From: a candidate division WOR-3 bacterium
GTDB lineage: Bacteria; Hydrothermota; Hydrothermia; JBDRYB01
Assembly (NCBI GenBank): GCA_049969615.1
Contig: JBMFOM010000007.1
Coordinates: 7,960 to 37,183 of the forward strand
Direction of reading: 5' to 3'
DNA length: 29,224 nt
Program-made: the position numbers and the translations under genes
The notes under the pieces: generated by a model
What the model saw: the letters and a program-made list of their open reading frames with translations, nothing else
Databases searched by the model: none
What the model was told of the DNA's origin: nothing
Shown: in pieces, positions 8,921 through 17,667 of the stretch
How the letters are laid out: the number at the start of each line of letters is the position of its first letter
Numbering within the stretch: the stretch's first letter is position 1

Positions 8921-10231
8921 CTATATCTTTATCACCCTCGCTTTACCTTTCATGCCCCTCGTGGCGTTCCTAGTATCTATGACCAATTTGGCATTCTCAA
9001 GGATGAGACCCCAATCCGTTCCCGCGTGATCCGTCGTTATGACTATGGCATCCGTTGAGGAGATGGCCTCTGGCGTGAGCTCAACCGAAATCATGTCCAT
9101 GCCCTCTTCGCGGAGGTCCGGCACGAAGGGATCGTAATAGGAGACATCCGCGCCCTTTTCCATGAGCAGTTTTATCACATCCAGAGCAGGGGATTCCCTG
9201 GTATCACCGATGTCAGGTTTGTATGCCACGCCAACCACCAGGATTTTTGATCCCTTGAGGGGTTTTCTCTCGTCGTTCAGCGCGTTCGCGGTTATCTGTA
9301 AGACATGCCTCGGCATGGATGTGTTTATCTCGGATGCAACCTCTATCATCCGTGCGTTGTAGTTCAGGCTCTTCATCTTCCATGAGAGATAGAGGGGGTC
9401 TATGGGGATGCAGTGACCGCCAATGCCCGGACCGGGAAAAAACTTCATGAAGCCAAAACCCTTTGTCTCAGCGCCATCTATGACCTCCCAGACATCTATG
9501 CCCAGGAGTTCGCACATGATGGCGAGCTCGTTGACCAGGGCTATGTTTACAGCTCTGAATGTGTTTTCAAGGAGCTTCACCATCTCCGCGGCCTTCGCGG
9601 AGCTCATAGGAATTGCCTTTTTGACTACCTTGTCATATATGGCGCAGACCAGCTCCGTTGAGACTGGGTCAACCCCCCCGACGACCTTCGGGGTGTTCTT
9701 GGGCCTGTGAACCGGGTCTCCAGGGTTTATCCTTTCGGGACTGAATGTCAGAAAAAAATCCTTCCCAGCTACCAGACCGGTTTTCTCCAGCTCTGGTTTT
9801 ATGACTTCATCTGTTGTTCCCGGATAAACGGTTGACTCAAGGGATACTATATGTCCCCTTCTCAGGTGTGGAGCAAAGGAAGTAATCGCGCTCATCACAT
9901 ATCCCATGTCTGGGTCGCGTGTCTTTGAGAGTGGGGTCGGGACTGCTATGAACACAAAATCAGCCTCTCTGAGAGCGCCATAATCCGTTGAGGCTTTGAT
10001 GAGACCCTTTTCCACAAAAGCCTTCAGGACCTCTGTTGGTGTGTCAGGGATATAAGATTTTCCCTGGTTCACCATGTCAACCTTAGCCTTTTCAACATCA
10101 ATGCCTATGACCCGGTAGCCTTCCTCTGCGAAGTCAACTGTCAAGGGCAGGCCAACATAGCCAAGGCCAACGACGCCCACAATGGCTGTTTTGTCCTCAA
10201 CCTTTTTCAGTATTTCTTCCCGCAATCTCAT
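8921..10231 (-). CDS. Nucleotide-sugar (UDP-N-acetylhexosamine) 6-dehydrogenase, WecC/WbpA-like
   Basis: GLGYVGLP Rossmann motif, VPTP, ESTVYPGTT, SPERINPG, KLLENTFRAVNIALVNE, GPGIGGHCIP (catalytic Cys), AYKPDIGDTRESP, DTRN. Confidence 0.95.
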   Translation of the reverse strand: MRLREEILKKVEDKTAIVGVVGLGYVGLPLTVDFAEEGYRVIGIDVEKAKVDMVNQGKSYIPDTPTEVLKAFVEKGLIKASTDYGALREADFVFIAVPTPLSKTRDPDMGYVMSAITSFAPHLRRGHIVSLESTVYPGTTDEVIKPELEKTGLVAGKDFFLTFSPERINPGDPVHRPKNTPKVVGGVDPVSTELVCAIYDKVVKKAIPMSSAKAAEMVKLLENTFRAVNIALVNELAIMCELLGIDVWEVIDGAETKGFGFMKFFPGPGIGGHCIPIDPLYLSWKMKSLNYNARMIEVASEINTSMPRHVLQITANALNDERKPLKGSKILVVGVAYKPDIGDTRESPALDVIKLLMEKGADVSYYDPFVPDLREEGMDMISVELTPEAISSTDAIVITTDHAGTDWGLILENAKLVIDTRNATRGMKGKARVIKI

Positions 10232-10901
10232 GTTTTTTTGCTCCTTCTACCTCTGGAGCAAACAGCTCCGGAGGGGTTCCTTCTTTGAGAAGCTTTTTGA
10301 TAATCTCCCCATGTTTTTTGTAGTCGCCGGGGCCGTGTGCATCCGAGGCCACGGCGTTCACCAACCCTTCCCTGAGAAAGCACTCTGCCCTTCTCTTGGG
10401 TTCTCGTCCGTGAACGCCGGCAAAGCTCCCTGAGTTGGCGAGGGTGCAAACCCCCATCTCAACTAGCTTTCGCAGTTTATACGGATTCATGTAATGATAA
10501 CGCTCTGGGTGCGCGAGTAGGGGCGTTAGCCCTCTTTTTATGAGGTCAGACAGGTAATCACCGGCCGCGAGGATCTCATTGATCAAGGGGAACTCAACGA
10601 GCACGATGTTCGTTCCTTCCATGCGTAGGTTCATCGGATCCGTTCCCTCAACAATTGACAGAATGTGAACCTCGTATCCTGTGGTTACCTGAAGCCCCGT
10701 TTTCGCAGTGATGATTCTGGCAAGTTCCTTGAGCTTCTCTCTAGCTGGTATGTTGGAGACGTTCAGCACATGTGGTGTGGCAAAAACCTTCTCAAGGCCG
10801 ATATTCAGGGCCTCATCGGCCATCCGCAGGCTTTCATCCATGTTTCCGGGGCCATCGTCAATCCCCGGTAGGATGTGGGAGTGAAGATCAATCCACCTCA
10901 A
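10197..10901 (-). CDS. CpsB/CapC-family PHP-fold protein-tyrosine phosphatase
   Basis: IDLHSHILPGIDDG, ATPH, LVEFP, AHPERY, ASDAH. TTG start with TATAAT 10 nt upstream. Confidence 0.92.
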   Translation of the reverse strand: MRWIDLHSHILPGIDDGPGNMDESLRMADEALNIGLEKVFATPHVLNVSNIPAREKLKELARIITAKTGLQVTTGYEVHILSIVEGTDPMNLRMEGTNIVLVEFPLINEILAAGDYLSDLIKRGLTPLLAHPERYHYMNPYKLRKLVEMGVCTLANSGSFAGVHGREPKRRAECFLREGLVNAVASDAHGPGDYKKHGEIIKKLLKEGTPPELFAPEVEGAKKHEIAGRNTEKG

Positions 10902-11014
10902 TCAGCTTTATATTATAATGCTTTCTCCAGCCCGGTTTCCTGCCTCATAACCCAGATCGAGCGGTAAGTTGTAAGCCCCAAATTATTAGGGGATTGGCCT
11001 AACTAACATTGATC

Positions 11015-11141
11015 AGTTTATCTCTGAAACCTATGCGCCGCAAAATCTGGGGTCCTTAAGAAACCAGAAGCATTGCCCCGGATCCATTCAGTCTTCCCGG
11101 ATGCTCAAATACATGATCCCGCACAGAAAATGGGTTATAAT
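11015..11141 (+). repeat. Diverged ~127 bp intergenic repeat, copy A, ending in a promoter (ATGATC-17-TATAAT)
   Basis: Hand alignment to 27542-27669: 26/34 identical in the first block and 48/62 in the last block, both ungapped. Confidence 0.85.
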
Positions 11142-11170
11142 CTCTTACTACCCGAATAGGGAGGTTTATC

Positions 11171-11662
11171 ATGAAGGCAAAAGAGGTAGCTAAATGGTTG
11201 ATGATGGAACTTCAGTGGGGGACTGGTTTCTACATCTTCTCCATCGCTGGAATATATCTGGCAACGAAGTGGGGCAGGAGTCCCCTGTTCACCAGGCGTG
11301 CGACCGTGACAGGCTTTATCTTCTACATCCTAATCACTTTGATTTTGGTTATTCTTGCCGCTGTCTGGAAGGCCGGTAGGGAAAATAAGCCCGCTAGAAG
11401 TGTCTTTTCCAGTCTCCTGTTCTGGAGCGGGATGTGTCTCCCGGGTTCAACCCTCGCTTTCGTGCTTTCCGTTCTTTGCTTTTATCTTGCCGGGGCAATT
11501 GTCGGGGTCAAACTGCCCGTACTCGGGCTGGTTAATTGGATAGGTGCCTGGTTGATAGCCCTCGTCCTGGGCCTCCTGAAAGTCATCCTGACCATAGGCA
11601 CCCTGCCTTCCTGTCCCAAGGTACCGTCAGACGGTGGCGGCTCCTACACTACCCAGGGGTGA
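11171..11662 (+). CDS. Hypothetical integral membrane protein (~4 TM)
   Basis: Strong SD GGGAGG upstream of the ATG, promoter at 11113-11141, four hydrophobic segments. No family recognised. Confidence 0.75.
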   Translation: MKAKEVAKWLMMELQWGTGFYIFSIAGIYLATKWGRSPLFTRRATVTGFIFYILITLILVILAAVWKAGRENKPARSVFSSLLFWSGMCLPGSTLAFVLSVLCFYLAGAIVGVKLPVLGLVNWIGAWLIALVLGLLKVILTIGTLPSCPKVPSDGGGSYTTQG

Positions 11663-11696
11663 AAAGAGGAACAGGGTTGGTTTATACTATGGGCCT
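11659..11696 (+). promoter_or_regulatory. sigma70-type promoter for the OMP-PASTA pair
   Basis: GTGAAA-18 nt-TATACT-8 nt-ATG, with no SD before the ATG. Confidence 0.5.
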
Positions 11697-12287
11697 ATGA
11701 AGATAATTTTTCTCCTGGCCACGGTTTCGGCTGTCGCGTCTGCTCTTACCGAGCCATTGCCTGCTGGTTGTTCCCGAGGCATCTGGTGCGAGGGGTCCCT
11801 CGGCCTTAACTTCACTGGGGGCACCAGGCAGAAAACACAGCTCTCGGGTTGGGGCCTTAATGGCGGCGCTGGTTTATATTGGTGGGTTCAGCACAACATA
11901 GGGATTCGGAGCCAGTTCCGCTACATGGACTATAATTTCCGCTCCGGCAAGGACGCGATTCCCAGACTCGCCTACTCCTACATGGGTTACGGTGCCTGGG
12001 GTGCCTTGCTCCTGCGTTTCGCTAATGAGAACTCCTTCCTGATGCCCTACATAGGTGCTGATGGGGGCTATCTCTGGCCGTTCCACGGCCTGATCAAGGA
12101 GGATTCGGACATGGAGGAGATACCATCAGACTCCCTTGAGCCGGTTGCCCTCTACGGAGGCCTCCTCGGGCTATATCTTCGCATGCCGCGCAATTCGCTC
12201 TGGAAGATAGAGGCCGGTTATGACCGAGTGGGGGATGATTATCTCCTGAACATAAATACCGGATTCACTTTTAAGATCTGGTGGTGA
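11697..12287 (+). CDS. Small outer-membrane beta-barrel protein (OmpA/OmpW-like 8-strand type)
   Basis: Signal peptide MKIIFLLATVSAVASA, PYIGADGGY strand, terminal strand LNINTGFTFKIWW. Confidence 0.75.
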   Translation: MKIIFLLATVSAVASALTEPLPAGCSRGIWCEGSLGLNFTGGTRQKTQLSGWGLNGGAGLYWWVQHNIGIRSQFRYMDYNFRSGKDAIPRLAYSYMGYGAWGALLLRFANENSFLMPYIGADGGYLWPFHGLIKEDSDMEEIPSDSLEPVALYGGLLGLYLRMPRNSLWKIEAGYDRVGDDYLLNINTGFTFKIWW

Positions 12288-12883
12288 GAACCCTAAGATT
12301 TTTCATTTATATGCTCCTCGGCCTGGTGCTTTTCACGGGCCTCTCGCTCTGTTGTTTGAACGCGCTGATGCCCTTGGTGACCAGAACGGGGAATGTTGAG
12401 GTCCCTGACCTGGTTGGCATGGATCAGGAGGAGGCGGGCGATAAGCTTAGACGCCTGGGCCTCCGCATGAGAACCGATACCTCCCTCCCCTCGCGTGAGT
12501 TCAGTGAGGGAGCAATAATCGCTCAGAACCCAGCGCCGGGGACCGTAGTCAAAAGGGGAAGAAGGGTGGCGGTTACCGTGAGCACCGGCATAAAGCGAGT
12601 CGTGATTCCAGACCTGGAGGGCGAGGAGGGCGAACACGGTAGGGCAATGCTCATGAAGCTCAGCCTTGGGGTAAGGGTTGTTACGGTGGAGACAACGGAT
12701 ATGGAGGCGGGCTATATCATCGGGACGAGACCAAAGGCCGGAACTGAGGTCACGATAGGGGATACCATAACCCTGGTCGTTTCAGCGGGTCTGCCGCAGT
12801 TCATCCCGGATACGGTCATATCGGAGATAGAGAACCTTGAGGCTGGGCCGGATTCCGGGAAGGTCAAACCTCCGGGGCAGTGA
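12284..12883 (+). CDS. Membrane-anchored PASTA-domain protein (2 PASTA repeats)
   Basis: N-terminal TM; VEVPDLVGM...IIAQNPAPGTVVKRGRRVAVTVS and VVIPDLEG...IIGTRPKAGTEV...ITLVVS. GTGA overlap with the upstream stop. Confidence 0.9.
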   Translation: MRTLRFFIYMLLGLVLFTGLSLCCLNALMPLVTRTGNVEVPDLVGMDQEEAGDKLRRLGLRMRTDTSLPSREFSEGAIIAQNPAPGTVVKRGRRVAVTVSTGIKRVVIPDLEGEEGEHGRAMLMKLSLGVRVVTVETTDMEAGYIIGTRPKAGTEVTIGDTITLVVSAGLPQFIPDTVISEIENLEAGPDSGKVKPPGQ

Positions 12884-12909
12884 TCGGTTGTCGGTTAAGA
12901 CCGGACCGG

Positions 12910-12950
12910 CCGGATAACCCTGGTTCCTTGTAGCCAGGACCCTTTTCCGG
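12910..12950. terminator. Possible hairpin between convergent genes
   Basis: CCTGGTT-CCTTGT-AGCCAGG inner stem enclosed by CCGGA/TCCGG. No clean U-tract. Confidence 0.3.
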
Positions 12951-12979
12951 GAACAAGCCGTTGGTTTCCGGCTAAATCC

Positions 12980-14482
12980 CTAATCCTCCTCGGCTTCCCA
13001 GGAAAAGAAGAATGCTATGGTCAGAGGAAGGAGGGAATTCTTTCTCTTTATGCCAGAGGCCAAAACGCCCTCGGCCCCTTCCGCGAGCGCAAATGCGAGC
13101 TCCGGTAGAGCGGTTTTGACCGAAAGGCCATAGGCTACTGGCCCGGAGAAGATCTGAGCGGTAAGTCCCACAAAACCAGAGTTGACAGCGTATATCTCTT
13201 CCCCAACCGTGTATTTTCTGAACCGATAAAGCCCACCGGTCCTCAACTGCCATCTGGAAAACCTATATCCAACGGAAAGGCCCGCGTATAACTCGTCCAT
13301 GCCAAGGAGCTCCCAGCCCCCTGCCGCATCCAGAAGCCATGCCTCCCCTTCCCTTGCCGCGCCAAAAGCCACAACTGCCCTCTGGGGCACTTGTAGTTCG
13401 TATTTTCTGTCATTGTATCCCCAGGAACCCATGTCATGGTCAGGGATGAAACCCAGGAGCGCGTAGCCATCTATACGAAGGGTGTCGTGCCTAGTGTAAC
13501 AATAAAGGTCCGTGTAATCGCCATCCAGATCAACATTCGTTATAATACTGTCCAGCCATAGAGCGAACCTTCGGGTGTCGGTGGTAGAACCCCTTATCTT
13601 GAATCCAGGCGTATAAGTGCACAGAGCGCCGAACCCATATGGCCCAGCAGGCCTCTGGAGTCCAAAAGTGAACGATGGCACCCAAACATCCTCCATTGCC
13701 ATTTCCTGGTGCCAGAACAGGATGCTGTCCATCTTGATTCTACCCTGGAGGTCAGCATCCCAGGCCACTGTGTCCGGCACATCAACCGTTGGCCTCTGGG
13801 AAAATGTATCGCCTATTACCCTAACCGTAAAATCAAGCGCGCCTGAATACCTGGTTATGGTAAAACCCAAGCCAGCCCTCATCGCGCCGAAATCCCCGCC
13901 CAGTCCGAATGACAGGGGCATGGTCTTTATTCCGCCCTCGCCAGCACCGGTTATCACAGCGTAGCCGTGAGCGTCAAGGTTCCAGGTCACAGGAACCCAT
14001 TTCGTTAGGCTATCAACATCCGCGGATGTTAGTGTGTCTTCAACCGAAGCCGTAAAATGACCCAGGTCTATCCTCTCGTCTCCGAGCATGTAGTCTATAC
14101 CAAAAGCCTCTTCGCCCAGATAGCTGAAGGATGCCCCAAAGCTCTGAAAGTTGCATATCGCGGCGATGTTCTCTATGCCCTCTTTTTGTCTGACAGAGAC
14201 TATGGAGGGAATGCTGTAGCCCTCAACTACGCCCATATCACCAGGGGCCTTTAGCAGGGCGTATCCCTCCCGAAAATCCGCCATCGTGAAGGATATCGCG
14301 CCTTTCATGAATGGGACCTGGAAAACCCCGGCCGGGTTGGCCTCGTAGGCCGGGCTCACCAGGCGTGGCTCGGTCACCCACGCGGAATACTGCGGGCTAA
14401 GGAAGCTTATCGTTATGTGGTTAAAGGTATTGTCCTGGGCGAGTAGCATAGCTGGAAGGAAAATGCATGGATAGGTCCTCAT
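12980..14482 (-). CDS. Hypothetical exported protein, probable large outer-membrane beta-barrel
   Basis: Long ORF with signal-like MRTYPCIFLPAMLLAQ and many amphipathic strands (SFGLGGDFG, YAGLSVGYRF, terminal LTIAFFFSW). Alternative leaderless start at the in-frame GTG 14527. Confidence 0.7.
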   Translation of the reverse strand: MRTYPCIFLPAMLLAQDNTFNHITISFLSPQYSAWVTEPRLVSPAYEANPAGVFQVPFMKGAISFTMADFREGYALLKAPGDMGVVEGYSIPSIVSVRQKEGIENIAAICNFQSFGASFSYLGEEAFGIDYMLGDERIDLGHFTASVEDTLTSADVDSLTKWVPVTWNLDAHGYAVITGAGEGGIKTMPLSFGLGGDFGAMRAGLGFTITRYSGALDFTVRVIGDTFSQRPTVDVPDTVAWDADLQGRIKMDSILFWHQEMAMEDVWVPSFTFGLQRPAGPYGFGALCTYTPGFKIRGSTTDTRRFALWLDSIITNVDLDGDYTDLYCYTRHDTLRIDGYALLGFIPDHDMGSWGYNDRKYELQVPQRAVVAFGAAREGEAWLLDAAGGWELLGMDELYAGLSVGYRFSRWQLRTGGLYRFRKYTVGEEIYAVNSGFVGLTAQIFSGPVAYGLSVKTALPELAFALAEGAEGVLASGIKRKNSLLPLTIAFFFSWEAEED

Positions 14483-14527
14483 GATCGTTCTCGTAAAGGA
14501 GATGGTATGGTTTGAATCCGCCTTCAC

Positions 14528-14548
14528 CTCAAGATTATAATCTGACCC
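14528..14548. promoter_or_regulatory. Bidirectional promoter core: palindrome AGATTATAATCT with TATAAT on both strands
   Basis: Perfect 12 bp palindrome at 14532-14543. In-frame GTG 7 nt downstream on + (14549) and 6 nt downstream on - (14527). Confidence 0.7.
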
Positions 14549-15853
14549 GTGCCATACACGCAATCTATAAGGGTTGGGTTGCCCTTTGTGCCGCGGGTGA
14601 AGCTGGTCGCGCTGGAAGACCTGCTTGTTTCTGACATTGACGGCCTAGAGATTGGCAAACTCTTAAAAGGACAAGATTGCGAGGTTTGTCCACGTGAACC
14701 GGCAGAGTTCACCCTCGTCAGCGTTTTGCCCGGGCCCACAGATCAGGAGATCCCCGCTGGGCTTGAACCTTTTCTCAGGAGGCTTTACATCACTGAGCCG
14801 GGCAATATTGAGTTATACCGGGGTGGGGGAGGGGTGATCCTTGAGATGGGCAAGTGGAGGCTTGAACTTGCTGGCGTCAGGTTATCAGGCGCCGTGATGA
14901 TCCGCGATTTGCCCGTGGGTAGGGGTTTTCCATGGGAATTCACCGAAAACGCCATGTTCCATGGAGAGACCGAAATATTGCCGTGGAAAGAGGGCCAGCT
15001 CAGACCGGTCAACATCGTTTCGGTTGAGGATTACATTGCTTCAGTGGTTGCTTCTGAGATAGGTCAGGCCGCTCCACATGAGGCTCAGAAGGCTCAGGCG
15101 GTTGCCGCGCGCTCAACCCTGTTCTCTACCTATGGCAGTCATCACCTCCTCGGCCCTTTTGGGATATGCTCTGAGGATCACTGTCAGGTTTACCGCGGAT
15201 TCGGTCTTGAGACTCCGGATTCTCGCCTGGCGGCCACGGAGACCTCTGGGCTTGTGCTCCTTTATGAAGGGTGGGTGGTTGATGCCAGATTCTCAAAGTG
15301 CTGTGGCGGGATTACAGAGGAGTTCCGGGGAGCTTGGGATGGCCTGGATGTGCCTTATTTGGTCTCTAGGCCCGATGGTAAATACAATCTTAGCCTTAAT
15401 AGCGAGGAGGATGTTAAAAATTTCATAAACAATCCTCCTCCTGCGTTTTGTTCCGGCTCAAAAAACTTCCGGTGGGAAACAGCCTACAGGACGGATCAGA
15501 TTTCACAAATCATTCGCGCAAAAACCGGCCAAGACATCGGCGCCATAACCGAAATAACGCCTCTGGCCAGAGCAAAGAGCGGCAGGATAAATAGGATCAG
15601 GCTCATTGGCCAAAAGCGCGAGCTCGTGCTTGGCCCTGAGCTTGAGATAAGACGAGTCCTCTCGGAAACATATTTGAATTCATCGTGTTTTTATGTGATG
15701 AGAAACGGAGATTCCTTTATTATCAGGGGAGCTGGCTGGGGCCACGGGGTAGGAATGTGCCAGGAGGGTGCCATAGCAATGGCGCGTGACGGCAAGGGCT
15801 TCAGTGAGATACTTGAATTTTATTATCCGTGGACGAGAACCGAACGCGTTTAA
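14549..15853 (+). CDS. SpoIID/LytB-domain lytic transglycosylase
   Basis: EDYIASVVASE (catalytic Glu region), AQKAQAVAARS, CSEDHCQVYRG, FSKCCGG, GWGHGVGMCQEGA, ILEFYYP. Confidence 0.93.
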   Translation: MPYTQSIRVGLPFVPRVKLVALEDLLVSDIDGLEIGKLLKGQDCEVCPREPAEFTLVSVLPGPTDQEIPAGLEPFLRRLYITEPGNIELYRGGGGVILEMGKWRLELAGVRLSGAVMIRDLPVGRGFPWEFTENAMFHGETEILPWKEGQLRPVNIVSVEDYIASVVASEIGQAAPHEAQKAQAVAARSTLFSTYGSHHLLGPFGICSEDHCQVYRGFGLETPDSRLAATETSGLVLLYEGWVVDARFSKCCGGITEEFRGAWDGLDVPYLVSRPDGKYNLSLNSEEDVKNFINNPPPAFCSGSKNFRWETAYRTDQISQIIRAKTGQDIGAITEITPLARAKSGRINRIRLIGQKRELVLGPELEIRRVLSETYLNSSCFYVMRNGDSFIIRGAGWGHGVGMCQEGAIAMARDGKGFSEILEFYYPWTRTERV

Positions 15854-16872
15854 TCCTCGCCCCAGTCCCTTGGCGGATAGATGACCCTTCTGAGCATTTC
15901 CGAGAAGGCGGGCAGTTCCTTTGGCAATCTATAAATATGCTCCAGCTTGGCATCCAGGTCATCCGCATAATAGACAATAAAGGCCTCCGGAAACCTCGGT
16001 TCAACCGGCGCGCCGAACTCTGCATAGCCGTGGTGGGACGCGATGATATGGAGCAAGGCCGAGAGCTTTCCCTTTTCCTCCGCGCTGAATATGTCCTGCG
16101 CTAGATCCATGACCATCCTCATCCCCAGGAATATGTGGCCTATGGTTTGGCCCTCGTATGTCTCCCTTATGTCCCTCCTGCCAGCAACATAGGATTCTAC
16201 TTTGCCTATGTCGTGCAGGATGGCCCCTGCCATGACCAGGGGAACCGAGACGTGATTCTCGTATGTCCTGTTGAATAGTATTGCCGTCTCTGTCGCGAGC
16301 CGCAAGACATTGTAAGTGTGTTCCAGCAGACCACCCTCTATGGCGTGATGGTAATACTTTGCTCCGGGTGATCTCTTGAACCGGGTGGAAAGCTCCGCAT
16401 CCCTGAAAAACGCGTCCAGTAGCCTTCTGACAAAGCTCGCGTCCGGCGTGTTCCCCTCGTTGGACAGCTTTTGTTCCACAAAAGAGATCATCTCCCTCCA
16501 GAGATGCTCTATCTGCTCGTCTCCGAGGCTCTGTATGGTCGGGAACTCCTCAAATTCCCCATCCTCGAGGATCTCTATCTTTTTCACCTCTATATCCCTT
16601 TCTCCCCTGTATGTCTTGACCGTTCCTTCAACTACGACCACCCTTTCTTTCTCGTATGCCTCGCTCACGAGGTAATAGAGCTCTCGGTATCTGTCAATGT
16701 CCTGGTCATACCAGGCGTGGGCCCGTATTATGCCGGTTTTGTCTCTGAGATTAAATTTAAGGGGTTCCCTGCCTGTTGGTCTTGGACCTGAGCCCATTTC
16801 CGCGACCACGAACATATCCGTCACCGTGATGCCAGGCATGAGGTCCTTTATCCAGGTTTCCTTTCTGAGCAT
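15850..16872 (-). CDS. yhaM: YhaM/Cbf1-family 3'-5' exoribonuclease (OB fold + HD domain)
   Basis: LRDKTGII...VEGTVKTYRG (OB fold); HHAIEGGLLEHT, ILHDIGK, GHI, SHHG, PEA...ADDLDAK. Confidence 0.88.
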   Translation of the reverse strand: MLRKETWIKDLMPGITVTDMFVVAEMGSGPRPTGREPLKFNLRDKTGIIRAHAWYDQDIDRYRELYYLVSEAYEKERVVVVEGTVKTYRGERDIEVKKIEILEDGEFEEFPTIQSLGDEQIEHLWREMISFVEQKLSNEGNTPDASFVRRLLDAFFRDAELSTRFKRSPGAKYYHHAIEGGLLEHTYNVLRLATETAILFNRTYENHVSVPLVMAGAILHDIGKVESYVAGRRDIRETYEGQTIGHIFLGMRMVMDLAQDIFSAEEKGKLSALLHIIASHHGYAEFGAPVEPRFPEAFIVYYADDLDAKLEHIYRLPKELPAFSEMLRRVIYPPRDWGED

Positions 16873-17624
16873 TATAGACCCAATACCTCCTTCATTGTGT
16901 AGAGGCCAGGATTAGCCTTTGCCACGAACCTTATAGCGGCTATAACGCCCCGCGCAAAACATCTCCTGGAAAGCACCCTGTGCGTTATTTCAAGGACCTC
17001 CCCCTCCCCCATAAAAAAAACCGAGTGCTCGCCCAACACCTCTCCGCCCCTGAGGCTGAATATGCCAATTTCGTCAGGTTCTCTTTTCCACGACCTATTG
17101 CCTACCGGCCTGAGCTCGGGCCTGACGCACTTGATTGATTCAAAGAGGGTCTTAGCGGTTCCGCTGGGCGAGTCCTTCTTGTGCTTGTGATGGGTTTCTG
17201 TTATCTCTATGTCATAGCCGGAAAGATGCGTGGCCGCGGCATGAACCAGGCCGAGCATCAGGTTGACCCCGAGGCTCATGTTTGCCGAAATCACTATCGG
17301 AACGCTCTCTGAGAGGCGCTTTATTCTTCCGGTTTGCTCACCGGAAAACCCCGTTGTTCCCACAACCAGGCCCATGCCCGCGCTGGCTCCATCTTCCAGT
17401 ATTGACAGGGAGGCCTCTGGTTGCGTAAAGTCCACTAGGACATCAGCGATCCCCTCGGAAGGTTTTGAGAAGAGCCTGAAGCCCGGAACCTCCGAGAGCT
17501 TATCCGGTGCTTCCACCCCACCGACCAGTTCCATGTCACTCGTTTGTCCGATCGCCTCTGCCACAACGCTTCCCGTGCGGCCGAGCGCGCCCGATACGAT
17601 CACCCTTATCTTCTCGTCGGACAT
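16872..17624 (-). CDS. dapB: 4-hydroxy-tetrahydrodipicolinate reductase
   Basis: GALGRTG, VDFT, VGTTG, NMSLGVN, ETHHKHKKDSPSGTA, GEHSVFF. Start placed at ATG 17624. Confidence 0.95.
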   Translation of the reverse strand: MSDEKIRVIVSGALGRTGSVVAEAIGQTSDMELVGGVEAPDKLSEVPGFRLFSKPSEGIADVLVDFTQPEASLSILEDGASAGMGLVVGTTGFSGEQTGRIKRLSESVPIVISANMSLGVNLMLGLVHAAATHLSGYDIEITETHHKHKKDSPSGTAKTLFESIKCVRPELRPVGNRSWKREPDEIGIFSLRGGEVLGEHSVFFMGEGEVLEITHRVLSRRCFARGVIAAIRFVAKANPGLYTMKEVLGL

Positions 17625-17667
17625 GTTCAAATCACCGGATGAATCCAAGGCTGTTCTGTTCAGGCTT

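Noticed and set aside
14549..15853. Sporulation/germination system (SpoIID, Csp-like S8, clostripain)
   Set aside because: All three families are widespread in non-sporulating diderms, the genes are unlinked, and outer-membrane proteins dominate the context.
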